From the IMG/VR virus record IMGVR_UViG_3300046665_000548, positions 496,001 to 560,000 of that record: a stretch of 64,000 bases of DNA. The stretch is one strand, 5' to 3'. Below, piece after piece: positions 1 to 8,498 of this stretch; positions within the stretch are counted from its first letter, which is position 1, and each line of letters opens with the position of its first letter. The position numbers and the translations under genes were made by a program. Under the pieces are notes generated by a model that was not told where the DNA came from, made no database searches, and saw only the letters and a list, made by a program, of their open reading frames with translations.

Positions 1-339
1 GATACGCTTGCCCTTGGCACCAGCAGAAAGTATCATCGCTCCCATCGACGCGGCCTGACCGATACATACCGTGCACACGTCCGGCTTGATAAAGTTCATC
101 GTGTCGATGATGCCGAGACCTGCCGTAACCACGCCGCCCGGCGAGTTAACGTACATGTAGATGTCCTTATCGGCGTCAACACTTTCGAGGTACAGAAGCT
201 GCGCCTCGATGAGGCTAGCCATACCGTCTTCGACCTGATCAGCACAGAAAATAATGCGGTCGCGCAGCAGTCGGGAGTAGATGTCAAACGAACGTTCGTT
301 GCGACCGTCGTTTTCGAGAACCATGGGCACGAGAGCCAT
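1..339 (-). CDS. clpP: ATP-dependent Clp protease proteolytic subunit (runs off window)
   Basis: Manual translation from ATG at 339: [31 protein letters not shown]...[28 protein letters not shown]...GQAASMGA; classic ClpP motifs including the catalytic Ser. Confidence 0.95.
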   Translation of the reverse strand, partial: MALVPMVLENDGRNERSFDIYSRLLRDRIIFCADQVEDGMASLIEAQLLYLESVDADKDIYMYVNSPGGVVTAGLGIIDTMNFIKPDVCTVCIGQAASMGAMILSAGAKGKRI

Positions 340-340
340 A

Positions 341-562
341 TCAGTAAACCTTTTTACGCAATGCGTCTTGGATTGAAAATAATGAAGCCAAGATCAAAAG
401 AACCACGATCCCAGCAATGTAAAATGCTCCTACCAGAAGAACCGGAACAATTGGTATCCAAACCGGAGTAAGGACCCAGAACCAAGACCAGTTAATAAAA
501 CCGGCAAGCTTCAATGAAATCGATAAAACTGAAAGAAGTAAGAAGAACCTTCCGTAAGTCAT
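341..562 (-). CDS. Small membrane protein
   Basis: 73 aa ORF, two hydrophobic segments around [11 protein letters not shown]; tiles with neighbours. Confidence 0.7.
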   Translation of the reverse strand: MTYGRFFLLLSVLSISLKLAGFINWSWFWVLTPVWIPIVPVLLVGAFYIAGIVVLLILASLFSIQDALRKKVY

Positions 563-600
563 GAACGAATACTACAACCTCCTGGTTTCGGCAAACAATA

Positions 601-921
601 TCAGAAATAATTCTCTCGACCGCTAAACGCTTCGTTCTCACCGTCCATCAATTTGAACATGAGACCATCGTTGATCTGCTCGAACAAAATGACGAACTGA
701 ATGCTACCGCCAGTGTATTGGCTGTAAGAACCCCACCGACCGGTGATGTTTTTTTCAAGCCAAGCATCGAGAGTTTTGAGATTTGCTCTGCCGTCGTATT
801 CGCGAGAAAACTGATGGCGGACCCAATCCAATGGGTACGCCCCGTCAAATTTCTTACGCGGCGTTAGGATGTCTCTCGGAGCAAGGGAGAGATCAGTAAA
901 ACGAACAGTTTCTGGCAACAT
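601..921 (-). CDS. Hypothetical protein, F-x4-D-x3-FKL family
   Basis: 106 aa ORF; FVILFEQINDGLMFKLM motif shared with other ORFs in this window. Confidence 0.7.
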   Translation of the reverse strand: MLPETVRFTDLSLAPRDILTPRKKFDGAYPLDWVRHQFSREYDGRANLKTLDAWLEKNITGRWGSYSQYTGGSIQFVILFEQINDGLMFKLMDGENEAFSGRENYF

Positions 922-1062
922 CTAAAATGACCTAAAAGTTAATTACCAATGCGAAAATATGCACTGGTGGAGTAGTATTCAGGCGGCGGGGAAGCCCTGG
1001 GTTCCCCAAGGCTCGACCTCTCCTGTGGGTAGAGGGCTGGGATCGCGCCGCCTGAATTATTA

Positions 1063-2400
1063 TTAAGCCGCCTTCTGAGCGAACGACTTCTTGTCCTTCG
1101 GATCGTAATAGCAGGTGATGCCGAACGGAGCCTTGAGGTTGTGGTTCGAACCATGAACGACGAACAACGTGTCGCAATAGTTCGGATCGCCCCAGGTGCC
1201 GCCTGGATAGCCGTCCGTGAACATCACGAAGCGCTGCGGCTCGATGCCCTCACGTTTCATGTGCTCCCAGTTGCACTCGAACATGGTGCCACCGCCGCCA
1301 GCCATACCGTATTCATCGATCTCGTGAATGTTCTCGGCGGTGAATTCTTTGTAGTTGTAAATCTCGGTATCGAAGACCCACAGACGTACCTTGAAGTCGC
1401 GGAACGTAGTCATGATGCCCTTGACCTCAGAGAGGAAATCCCTGAGCATTTCCTCCGACATCGAGCCCGAACAGTCGATGGCAGCCGCCACATCAACGGT
1501 GTCCATGAAATCCTGCGCCGGAAGCATTGGGACAACACCCGCTCCGAATGCATCGAACACGTCATCCACGGAGTTTGCGCCGCCGTCGAAACGGTCGGTC
1601 AGACCGTCAGCCGCTTCCTTGGCAATCGACCACGTACGACGCGAAATGCGCGAGAAGGTGTAGTCGTCCTTGATCGAGCTACGAATGTGAGCATCGAGCA
1701 GCGAACGCCAATCCATCTTCGGGGTCAGCAGTTCATCGATCATGCGGCGAACGCCAGCCGGTACCTTACCGGCACCAACCTGCTGGGCGCTCTGGATGAC
1801 CGCAGCCTTGATCTCCGAGCGGATACGCTGGATGTCGTCTTCCGACAGCTTCGGCGGGCCGTTCTTGCCAGTCACGGTCACATCGACGTACTGACCATCA
1901 CCGTCGCCATCGCCATCCTGATCATCGCCGTCAGCACCAAGCTCCAGGTGCTCGTCCAGCGGCATGCGGATGGTCACCGAATCCTTCTGGAGCAGCGCGT
2001 AAACCTCTTCCGAGGCCATTTCATCGGTGTAGCGCTTGTCATAGAGGCCCGACTTCGGCATCGTTCCGCACTTTTCTTCAACCAGCGTGTAGTTGATGAT
2101 GTAGTCGGAGGCCATGTTGTAAAGCTTCGGATCGCGTCCACCGCGACGGCCGAGCGTATCGTACACGCAATGAAGAACTTCGTGAGCGATCAGGAACAGA
2201 AGCTCGGCTTTGTCCAAGCTCTTAATGAATTCGCGATTGTAGAACAGATGCCGTCCGTCCGTAGCGGCGGTCTTGCACCAGTCGGTTGCGTCTACCGCGA
2301 TCAATCGCGCGGCGAGATTACCGAAGAATGGCTTCTCGAAAAGCAATTTGACGCGTGCGGCGACAATCTCACGGTAAACGGGGTCGTTAAGATCGCTCAT
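1063..2400 (-). CDS. Putative metallopeptidase (HExxH) plus VWA domain protein (DUF2201-like)
   Basis: TAATDGRHLFYN, AHEVLH zincin motif, acidic linker, C-terminal VWA with IDCSGSM (MIDAS), GGGGT and MFTDG. Confidence 0.85.
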   Translation of the reverse strand: MSDLNDPVYREIVAARVKLLFEKPFFGNLAARLIAVDATDWCKTAATDGRHLFYNREFIKSLDKAELLFLIAHEVLHCVYDTLGRRGGRDPKLYNMASDYIINYTLVEEKCGTMPKSGLYDKRYTDEMASEEVYALLQKDSVTIRMPLDEHLELGADGDDQDGDGDGDGQYVDVTVTGKNGPPKLSEDDIQRIRSEIKAAVIQSAQQVGAGKVPAGVRRMIDELLTPKMDWRSLLDAHIRSSIKDDYTFSRISRRTWSIAKEAADGLTDRFDGGANSVDDVFDAFGAGVVPMLPAQDFMDTVDVAAAIDCSGSMSEEMLRDFLSEVKGIMTTFRDFKVRLWVFDTEIYNYKEFTAENIHEIDEYGMAGGGGTMFECNWEHMKREGIEPQRFVMFTDGYPGGTWGDPNYCDTLFVVHGSNHNLKAPFGITCYYDPKDKKSFAQKAA

Positions 2401-2465
2401 TGAAAATCCTCTAATAATTGCCTCAGACCATGAACGAAAAAATCGATTTGGTCAAGCGATTTGGT

Positions 2466-2900
2466 TCAATATTCGTCGTCGTAGTGAGAGCCGCTTGCGG
2501 CTTCATCCCACTGTTTTCCAAGGGTTTCAAACGCATCTGGCTTCAATACCTCAGTCTTATGACGCTCCGAGAAAAGGTCGAAAGCATTCATAATGTTGGG
2601 ATCGAATGGTAGAAGGAAACCTTGAAGCAGAACTTTGTAGGCCGCTATACACTGGATGGTAGTGAAACTCTCCAGTATGTAAATGAGAGCGTTGTTCGCC
2701 TGCTCAATCCAGCGGTCGCGTTCCGGGCGATAAACCTCGTCGTTGCCTTCGTAGACGTTCTTGTTCCAGACATGACGCGCTTTAAGCTCGCGGCCGATAT
2801 CCCGCATCAACTCAAAGGCTTCTGTGTCGGAAAAGGATGACACCGAACGAGAACCGGAAAAAATGTCGTCTAATGGATGCATGTCGGCCCCTGAAAGCAA
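2466..2900 (-). CDS. Hypothetical protein
   Basis: 144 aa ORF between the VWA and AAA genes, same strand. Confidence 0.65.
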   Translation of the reverse strand: MLSGADMHPLDDIFSGSRSVSSFSDTEAFELMRDIGRELKARHVWNKNVYEGNDEVYRPERDRWIEQANNALIYILESFTTIQCIAAYKVLLQGFLLPFDPNIMNAFDLFSERHKTEVLKPDAFETLGKQWDEAASGSHYDDEY

Positions 2901-2929
2901 AGAGGCGGGCTTTCGCCCGCCTCAGAGGC

Positions 2930-4324
2930 TTAGTTCATGATCAGGCCGCGATACTTGTCCGCGAACACGTCGAAGTTCTTCATCTTCTGCGTGTCGAACG
3001 GCAGCTTGTGGACCTGGATGGCGGCCTTCGAGCCCATGATGCAGATTTCCGGCTGGAAATTCTCCATGATGAAGGCAAGGAAATGATCCGCTTCCTTGAG
3101 CCATTCGGCGCGATCTGCCGACTGCATCCACTTGGCACCATGCTCGCGCTTGATCTTCTCCACGCGTTCTTTCAACTCGTAGCAGAGCGTCGTGGTCAGA
3201 GCGTAGGCCAGAGAGACCTCGACCTTCTTCGGCATCTTCTTGAGCTTGCCGGAAAGAATGTGATCGGCCTGTGGCAGGTCCTTCGCGATCTTGCGGAACT
3301 CAGTGAACTGGACGCCGATACCGTCGCCAACCGCACCCGAGATCAGGGCGAGCATCACCATGTCCGGAAGGTCTTCGTTCTGGATCAGAATATCCGAAAC
3401 GAATTCCCACGAACGAGGCGTAGCGAAGCCACGTGCAGCCGTACCCGGTTCGAACTCGAACAGGTGGTTCTTGAACGCGGTCAGGTAGCCGACAACCTCG
3501 GAACTGACAGTGTTCAGGAGCGCCCAACGCTGCCAATCATCGAAATCGACGCGCATTTCAAGATGCACGAAACGATTCATGATCGGCGTCGGCATCTTGT
3601 AGGTGACGCCCTTATCGGTGTCGCGGTTGCCCATGCCCATGATGTAGACGAGGTTAGGAACCTCGTACTCACCGAGGCGACGATCCAGAACAAGCTGGTA
3701 CGCTGCGGCCTGCACGGACGGCGGAGCAGAGTTGAACTCTTCCAGAGCCAGGATAGCGCGGGTTTCGCCCTTCACGAGAATGCGGACCTTGCCAGCAACC
3801 GGAGCCGCCTTCGCGGCGTCGGCCTTGAACTCCGCCTCGTCATAGAGAGTGACGACGAACGAATCAAGAGTTTCGCTGTTCGCCTTCACGACCGCATGAA
3901 GCGGACGCTTCGGATCGGCGTTCACTGCGCGAACTTCGATCTTCGGGCTGGTGCAGTAATGCACGCCGTTGGAGCCGACCGGGTTGCCGAAATAGACCGG
4001 GGTATCTTCGGCATCGACCGCGACCACAAAGTTCAGATCGAGATCACGCGGCATGATATACGGGGTAGACCAGCGGACGCCTTCCACACCACCGACCTTG
4101 GTCGGGTAGGGAATGCCGCGAAGGTCGGTCGGGTCCATCTGCGAAAGACGCATATCGATGAACGCCATACGCTCTTCGGTCGCGACCTGCTGAGCAACCT
4201 GAGATTTGGAAATACCGGGCGGACCCCACATGAAGATCGCGCGATTGGTGGGCATCATTGCCCGGATAGCGACTGCGGCTTCGCTTGGCTTAACAGTGAG
4301 CGAATCGACCTTAGCTTTTGCCAT
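2930..4324 (-). CDS. MoxR-like/AAA_5 ATPase with internal insertion
   Basis: Walker A GPPGISKS, DMRLSQMDPTDLRGIP, Walker B LALEEFNS, QAAAYQLVLDRR, NRFVHL, TPRSW. Confidence 0.9.
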   Translation of the reverse strand: MAKAKVDSLTVKPSEAAVAIRAMMPTNRAIFMWGPPGISKSQVAQQVATEERMAFIDMRLSQMDPTDLRGIPYPTKVGGVEGVRWSTPYIMPRDLDLNFVVAVDAEDTPVYFGNPVGSNGVHYCTSPKIEVRAVNADPKRPLHAVVKANSETLDSFVVTLYDEAEFKADAAKAAPVAGKVRILVKGETRAILALEEFNSAPPSVQAAAYQLVLDRRLGEYEVPNLVYIMGMGNRDTDKGVTYKMPTPIMNRFVHLEMRVDFDDWQRWALLNTVSSEVVGYLTAFKNHLFEFEPGTAARGFATPRSWEFVSDILIQNEDLPDMVMLALISGAVGDGIGVQFTEFRKIAKDLPQADHILSGKLKKMPKKVEVSLAYALTTTLCYELKERVEKIKREHGAKWMQSADRAEWLKEADHFLAFIMENFQPEICIMGSKAAIQVHKLPFDTQKMKNFDVFADKYRGLIMN

Positions 4325-4441
4325 TTATTGAAAACCCTCTAATTTGCGATTTCGTCTCGCGGCGTTAGATTCCGCCGTTGACCCTTCCTTGGTACCCCCG
4401 AAGGTCGATTTGGTCAAGTGGTTTTAGACGAAATTACGAAA

Positions 4442-4834
4442 TTATCCAGCTTCCATCTGGATCAGGGTGGCGATTTCCCCATCAGCCAGCTTTAGCTTAA
4501 CGCCAAGCTCGGTCTCGAACACAACGATTTTCTCGTTGGAATAAAAGTAGGGGAGGGTGGCTCGCCGGTCCAGGTAAAGGATTTCATTCGGGGCAACCCG
4601 ACGACCTTCCGCGAGCTTGATTTCGTAATAATGAAAATAGCTTTTCATCATCTCCAGACCAATGTTGGTCAGACGGAGACCTCTGGCCTTTTCGTCTCGG
4701 CCACGGTAATTCGAGAACATCTGCCGAACAACCTGTTCATCCGTGAGATTAGCGAAGGTAGCGGCTATTTTGCCGCCATCTTCTTTGCTCGAATCTCGAA
4801 TGTGCTTGATGACGGAGATGTGGACTCGATTCAT
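4442..4834 (-). CDS. Hypothetical phage protein
   Basis: 130 aa ORF overlapping the upstream gene by ATGA. Confidence 0.75.
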   Translation of the reverse strand: MNRVHISVIKHIRDSSKEDGGKIAATFANLTDEQVVRQMFSNYRGRDEKARGLRLTNIGLEMMKSYFHYYEIKLAEGRRVAPNEILYLDRRATLPYFYSNEKIVVFETELGVKLKLADGEIATLIQMEAG

Positions 4835-5127
4835 TGCCGATCTTCGATGATCTTTGTGCCCTGGGAAAGCATGAAGACCTCGAACTTCTCGCTCTTGAAC
4901 AGTTTGTTCAATTTGTCAGCGAGATTAAAGGCATGACCAGGATTCGAGAAGCTTACCTTCTTGTACTTTGGTCCTGGATAATCGAGCAAAACGTTTAGAG
5001 ATCGGAGATTGATCGGCGCACCTTCATAGAAGACTGCGTAGATCGCGTCTGCCTTCAGGACTTGTTCCGCTTTGTAGGATTTCGGGTCTGTGTAGTCTAG
5101 GATAACTGAAGGCTTAGGACGCGACAT
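4831..5127 (-). CDS. Hypothetical phage protein
   Basis: 98 aa ORF downstream of a TAAATA motif; YPGPKYKKVSFSNPGHAFNLA core. Confidence 0.8.
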   Translation of the reverse strand: MSRPKPSVILDYTDPKSYKAEQVLKADAIYAVFYEGAPINLRSLNVLLDYPGPKYKKVSFSNPGHAFNLADKLNKLFKSEKFEVFMLSQGTKIIEDRQ

Positions 5128-5192
5128 TTTTATTTCACTTCCCCTTTTCCAGAGGTTAAATTCTGGAGGTATTTATCTCAGGGGACGAGGAA

Positions 5193-5747
5193 CTAGATCG
5201 CGACGAATTTCTCAGACGAAAGCAGTTGTTTGAACTTGGCTGCATGTTGCGGAAGACGAACGCACCATTCTTCTATCTCTTGCGGAGAAGCGTAGAACGC
5301 CATCAAGATGTTTGAAATTCCAGTGATATCAGAGTAGGAACGCCACTCCTCTTCCTCCATCCCATAGTGGGAATAAGGCTCTAGCCAGAGTTGAGATGAC
5401 TTTAGCTGTAAGATCAGTCCTTTTTTCTCGTAATGGCTTCCTGAATAATTATCAGTGACCCATTTGATGTACTTGGCTGTCTTATTATCGGCCTTCAACC
5501 CGAACTTCATGATTTCACGACCATCTCGATCACAAGCAAAGCTCTTCGCAGTGTTGAGGTCAGTCGTGAGTGAAACGCCCGCGTCCTCTATGCCGCTTGC
5601 CTGTTTGGCCTTCAATATCCCAGAGCGAAGAATCGATAAGCCTGATACCAAGCTAGTTCCGTGATATAGAACCGCTGGAATATTGGACTCTTCTTCCTCA
5701 TACTCCTCGGGTTCGTCGGCTTCTCTGATCAAGTCACGTAGTTTCAT
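5193..5747 (-). CDS. Putative ADP-ribosyltransferase-fold protein
   Basis: VLYHGTS, GVSLTTD and EEEEW motifs in ART H-S-E order; N-terminus MKLRDLIRE. Confidence 0.6.
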   Translation of the reverse strand: MKLRDLIREADEPEEYEEEESNIPAVLYHGTSLVSGLSILRSGILKAKQASGIEDAGVSLTTDLNTAKSFACDRDGREIMKFGLKADNKTAKYIKWVTDNYSGSHYEKKGLILQLKSSQLWLEPYSHYGMEEEEWRSYSDITGISNILMAFYASPQEIEEWCVRLPQHAAKFKQLLSSEKFVAI

Positions 5748-5764
5748 AGTGGATATTTATTCGG

Positions 5765-5962
5765 CTAATATCCCAATTTGTCCAGGAGAGCATTCATCTC
5801 CTCTTCCGCTCTACGGTGTTTTCGTTCGGAAGCTTGATCGTACAACTCATTCGCTCCTGCACCATGATAGTCGCAGGAGATTCCACACGCTGGGCAATGC
5901 TCAGTCGAAATCGTCTCGACATATTTGTCGGAAGAACAATTCCAGCATTTCTCGCGCTTCAT
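5765..5962 (-). CDS. Small zinc-ribbon protein
   Basis: MKREKCWNC...CPACG; ATGA overlap with the clpS stop. Confidence 0.55.
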   Translation of the reverse strand: MKREKCWNCSSDKYVETISTEHCPACGISCDYHGAGANELYDQASERKHRRAEEEMNALLDKLGY

Positions 5963-6255
5963 GCTTCTTCGGCCGTGCACAACAGTGGATGATTGAACTG
6001 CTCAGCGATATTTCGGACTTGAGTTGACTTGGTGATGGCGATCTCTTTGGTGTAAAGACCAACCGTCGCCTTGCCCGCACTGTGAACAGTCAGCATGATC
6101 TGCGTTGATTCTTCAACACTCTTGTGAAAAACCTGCATCAACACCTTGGTGACAAAATCCATAGGTGTGAAATCATCGTTGTGAAGGATGATCTTCCACA
6201 TGGAAGGCGTCTTAATAGTCATCCGAGTTGCAGTATCAGTTGCCGTATTTGACAT
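5959..6255 (-). CDS. clpS: Clp protease adaptor ClpS
   Basis: PSMWKIILHNDDFTPMDFVTKVL...IMLTVHSAGKATVGLY; canonical ClpS core. Confidence 0.93.
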   Translation of the reverse strand: MSNTATDTATRMTIKTPSMWKIILHNDDFTPMDFVTKVLMQVFHKSVEESTQIMLTVHSAGKATVGLYTKEIAITKSTQVRNIAEQFNHPLLCTAEEA

Positions 6256-6320
6256 GAACGAAAATCCAATCCGAAATTACGAAAACGAATTTTAGTAGTT
6301 CGTTTCGTTAAAAGCAACTT

Positions 6321-6920
6321 TCAATCTTTTTCAGGCAACGTGTTCGGAGGAGGGATGAAGTCTATATCCGCGTCACTATCATCATCCGTGTCAGATTGCC
6401 CGGTCGCGCCGTTGCCCAGTTTTGCGTCTCTACCCGGTTTGCTGCGCTTTCCCTTCTTGCCTTTACCTTTGCCTTCTTGTCCAGCCTCGGCCTCGTCTCC
6501 ATCCTCGTCATCATCGCCCGTCCCGCCTTTCATATAGACGGTCTTACCTTCGCCAACTTTTTTCTTGGCCTGTTCGACCTTCTTATGGGCTTCGCGCGAA
6601 TAGGGTATCTGGATCGAACGCGGCTCTTTGGTGCCCGGCTCGATGATCCACAGGTAAATTGCCCCAGGATCGCCTTTACCCGAAATTGGTTCACGCGCAG
6701 CACCAAAGATGAATTGAAACTCTGCGGGCGCTTTAGGCAGCTTGACCGACCATCCAAGGGCGGCGCGGAATGTCACAAACGACACACAGGCGCACACCAA
6801 GCTCATGATAATGAATCCTGACTTGGCTGCCCAATGAAGACGGCTGTAGATGACCCCGATGAGCAAAATCACCATCAAGAACATCGTGATCAGGGTAATT
6901 GTACCAGAGGTGAAATCCAT
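6321..6920 (-). CDS. Membrane protein with soluble C-terminal domain
   Basis: Two N-terminal TM segments, IYLWI...EPRSIQIPYS, low-complexity acidic/basic tail. Confidence 0.75.
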   Translation of the reverse strand: MDFTSGTITLITMFLMVILLIGVIYSRLHWAAKSGFIIMSLVCACVSFVTFRAALGWSVKLPKAPAEFQFIFGAAREPISGKGDPGAIYLWIIEPGTKEPRSIQIPYSREAHKKVEQAKKKVGEGKTVYMKGGTGDDDEDGDEAEAGQEGKGKGKKGKRSKPGRDAKLGNGATGQSDTDDDSDADIDFIPPPNTLPEKD

Positions 6921-7603
6921 TATCTGGGGTCCATTGTAGTGGGTTCACGTAGTTTGACCGGCAGTTCTTTAGTAAGATTTACGACTTCGCCTTCTGGTGT
7001 CACGGTAAACCTTATCAAATGAACCTCTTCGCGGTTATTCGAAATTGTGCTTGATCCCTCAAACACTTTCTTCACCCTGGGATTCAGTTTGTCTATTCGA
7101 AGCTTCACATCGAATGGAGGAACCGGATGATAGCCAGTATCACCACCGGACGAGTCGCGATTCCCGTTTCCAGAAGCTTGGCCTGAGCGAACCGCGTAGA
7201 GATGAGCATTGACTACGTATTCGCCTGGGCGAATACCTCGAATGGCAACTATCTCCTGGTTATTAGGGACAACGACCTTCTTGCCATCGACAACGACCGT
7301 GTTGTTTTTCCAACCAAGGTCATCGCGTTCCAGATTTAGGAAGCCAACTTCCTTGTTGGAATAATACAGCATCTTTCCATCTGGGTCTCTCATCCAAATG
7401 TCCACGTCGTAATTGAGTTCAGTTGCCCATTCCATGGTGATCATAAATTCCATCTTTGGCTTCACGCCGTCGTCTTTTTTCTGTTCTGGAGAAATCATCA
7501 GAAACAGCGCAAAGCATGTCACAAGAACAGCTTTTGCGAACGTCAGCGCAAAGTTTGTAATGGCATCGGCCGTGTCGTCTACTTTGCGTCTGCGCGATCT
7601 CAT
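6920..7603 (-). CDS. Single-pass membrane protein with beta-rich extracytoplasmic domain (ExbD-position partner)
   Basis: N-terminal TM, MEW...DVDIWMRDP and LERDDLG motifs; translationally coupled to a MotA/ExbB-like gene. Confidence 0.7.
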   Translation of the reverse strand: MRSRRRKVDDTADAITNFALTFAKAVLVTCFALFLMISPEQKKDDGVKPKMEFMITMEWATELNYDVDIWMRDPDGKMLYYSNKEVGFLNLERDDLGWKNNTVVVDGKKVVVPNNQEIVAIRGIRPGEYVVNAHLYAVRSGQASGNGNRDSSGGDTGYHPVPPFDVKLRIDKLNPRVKKVFEGSSTISNNREEVHLIRFTVTPEGEVVNLTKELPVKLREPTTMDPR

Positions 7604-8349
7604 GAGCGGTTCTCAAGATACGGAATGATATGTGTTTCGCTGATGACCGTGGCCACGTCGAGAGTTTCTTCGACGCCCTCGTTGAGTAAGCGACCATTGA
7701 CGTTCAAAGCAATTTTGAACAAGAAGCTTGCCGTGCAAGGGATGAAGGCAACCGCGATACCAGCGAAGAATGCTCCTAGATTATTCCTCATAGCATCCAA
7801 GTTCACGCCAGCCTGCATGAAAGGCCAGAACGCCATCACGACGCCGCCTACAGTGGCAAGGATGCCGATCCAAATGATCTGCGATGCGAAGAATTCACCA
7901 ATGCTCGCGTTGCGTTCCAGCTTCGAAGCGAGAACATCCATCAGAATGCGTTGATCGATGCGATGCTTGGGATCGTTCTTCGCACGGTCGCACAAAGCAG
8001 AGACGTGGTTGGCGAACGGAGATGCAGCTATTCTAAAATGACTACCATTCTGGCTCACAAGAACCACCGCGTCATCGGTACTCATAACATCTGATAGAGC
8101 ATTCTCTCGAAGCCATTTCAGTGCTTCGGTAAGACTACGATGTTGTTTAGATACAGAGAGCACCTGCACGCCTGCGAATATTTCTCCGAAGACGTACACC
8201 ACTAGGAGCACAAGGCTCAGGTGAGAATGATCGTGCCTGATCATAATCTGAGGCAGACCAAGAAAAGTCATCCCGATGATCGCAAAGATCACCACAGTGA
8301 TGTACAGGAGCCAAGATAGGAATAATTTATGTGTGATTAGCATTTGCAT
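7600..8349 (-). CDS. MotA/TolQ/ExbB-like membrane protein
   Basis: Two N-terminal TMs plus GILATVGGVV and GIAVAFIPCT helices; start moved to 8349 because of the GAGGGAG SD and upstream TAAATA. Confidence 0.6.
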   Translation of the reverse strand: MQMLITHKLFLSWLLYITVVIFAIIGMTFLGLPQIMIRHDHSHLSLVLLVVYVFGEIFAGVQVLSVSKQHRSLTEALKWLRENALSDVMSTDDAVVLVSQNGSHFRIAASPFANHVSALCDRAKNDPKHRIDQRILMDVLASKLERNASIGEFFASQIIWIGILATVGGVVMAFWPFMQAGVNLDAMRNNLGAFFAGIAVAFIPCTASFLFKIALNVNGRLLNEGVEETLDVATVISETHIIPYLENRS

Positions 8350-8463
8350 TACACTCCCTCGGACATTTGCCGCGAGAAGGTATTTAGTCCGCATTTAACC
8401 GGATTTTTGGGCTGTGCTCAAACTATCAGCGTTTGCAACAAGCTTAGGCTGGAACCGCTGTCG

Positions 8464-8492
8464 GTTGACTCAGAAGAATTTTCTGGTAGATT
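8464..8492 (+). promoter_or_regulatory. Sigma70-type early promoter (leaderless argS)
   Basis: GTTGAC-N17-TAGATT followed 6 nt later by the ATG at 8499. Confidence 0.7.
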
Positions 8493-8498
8493 GGTTCA

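Noticed and set aside
3690-4050. Possible intein in the AAA ATPase insertion
   Set aside because: No N-terminal Cys/Ser block or C-terminal His-Asn, and too short; reported as a domain insertion instead.
1141-4342. Long + strand ORFs (420 aa and 501 aa), and similar shadows such as 51095-52168, 48390-49193 and 63185-63808
   Set aside because: They are antisense to clearly recognisable genes; codon-bias shadows with no motifs of their own.
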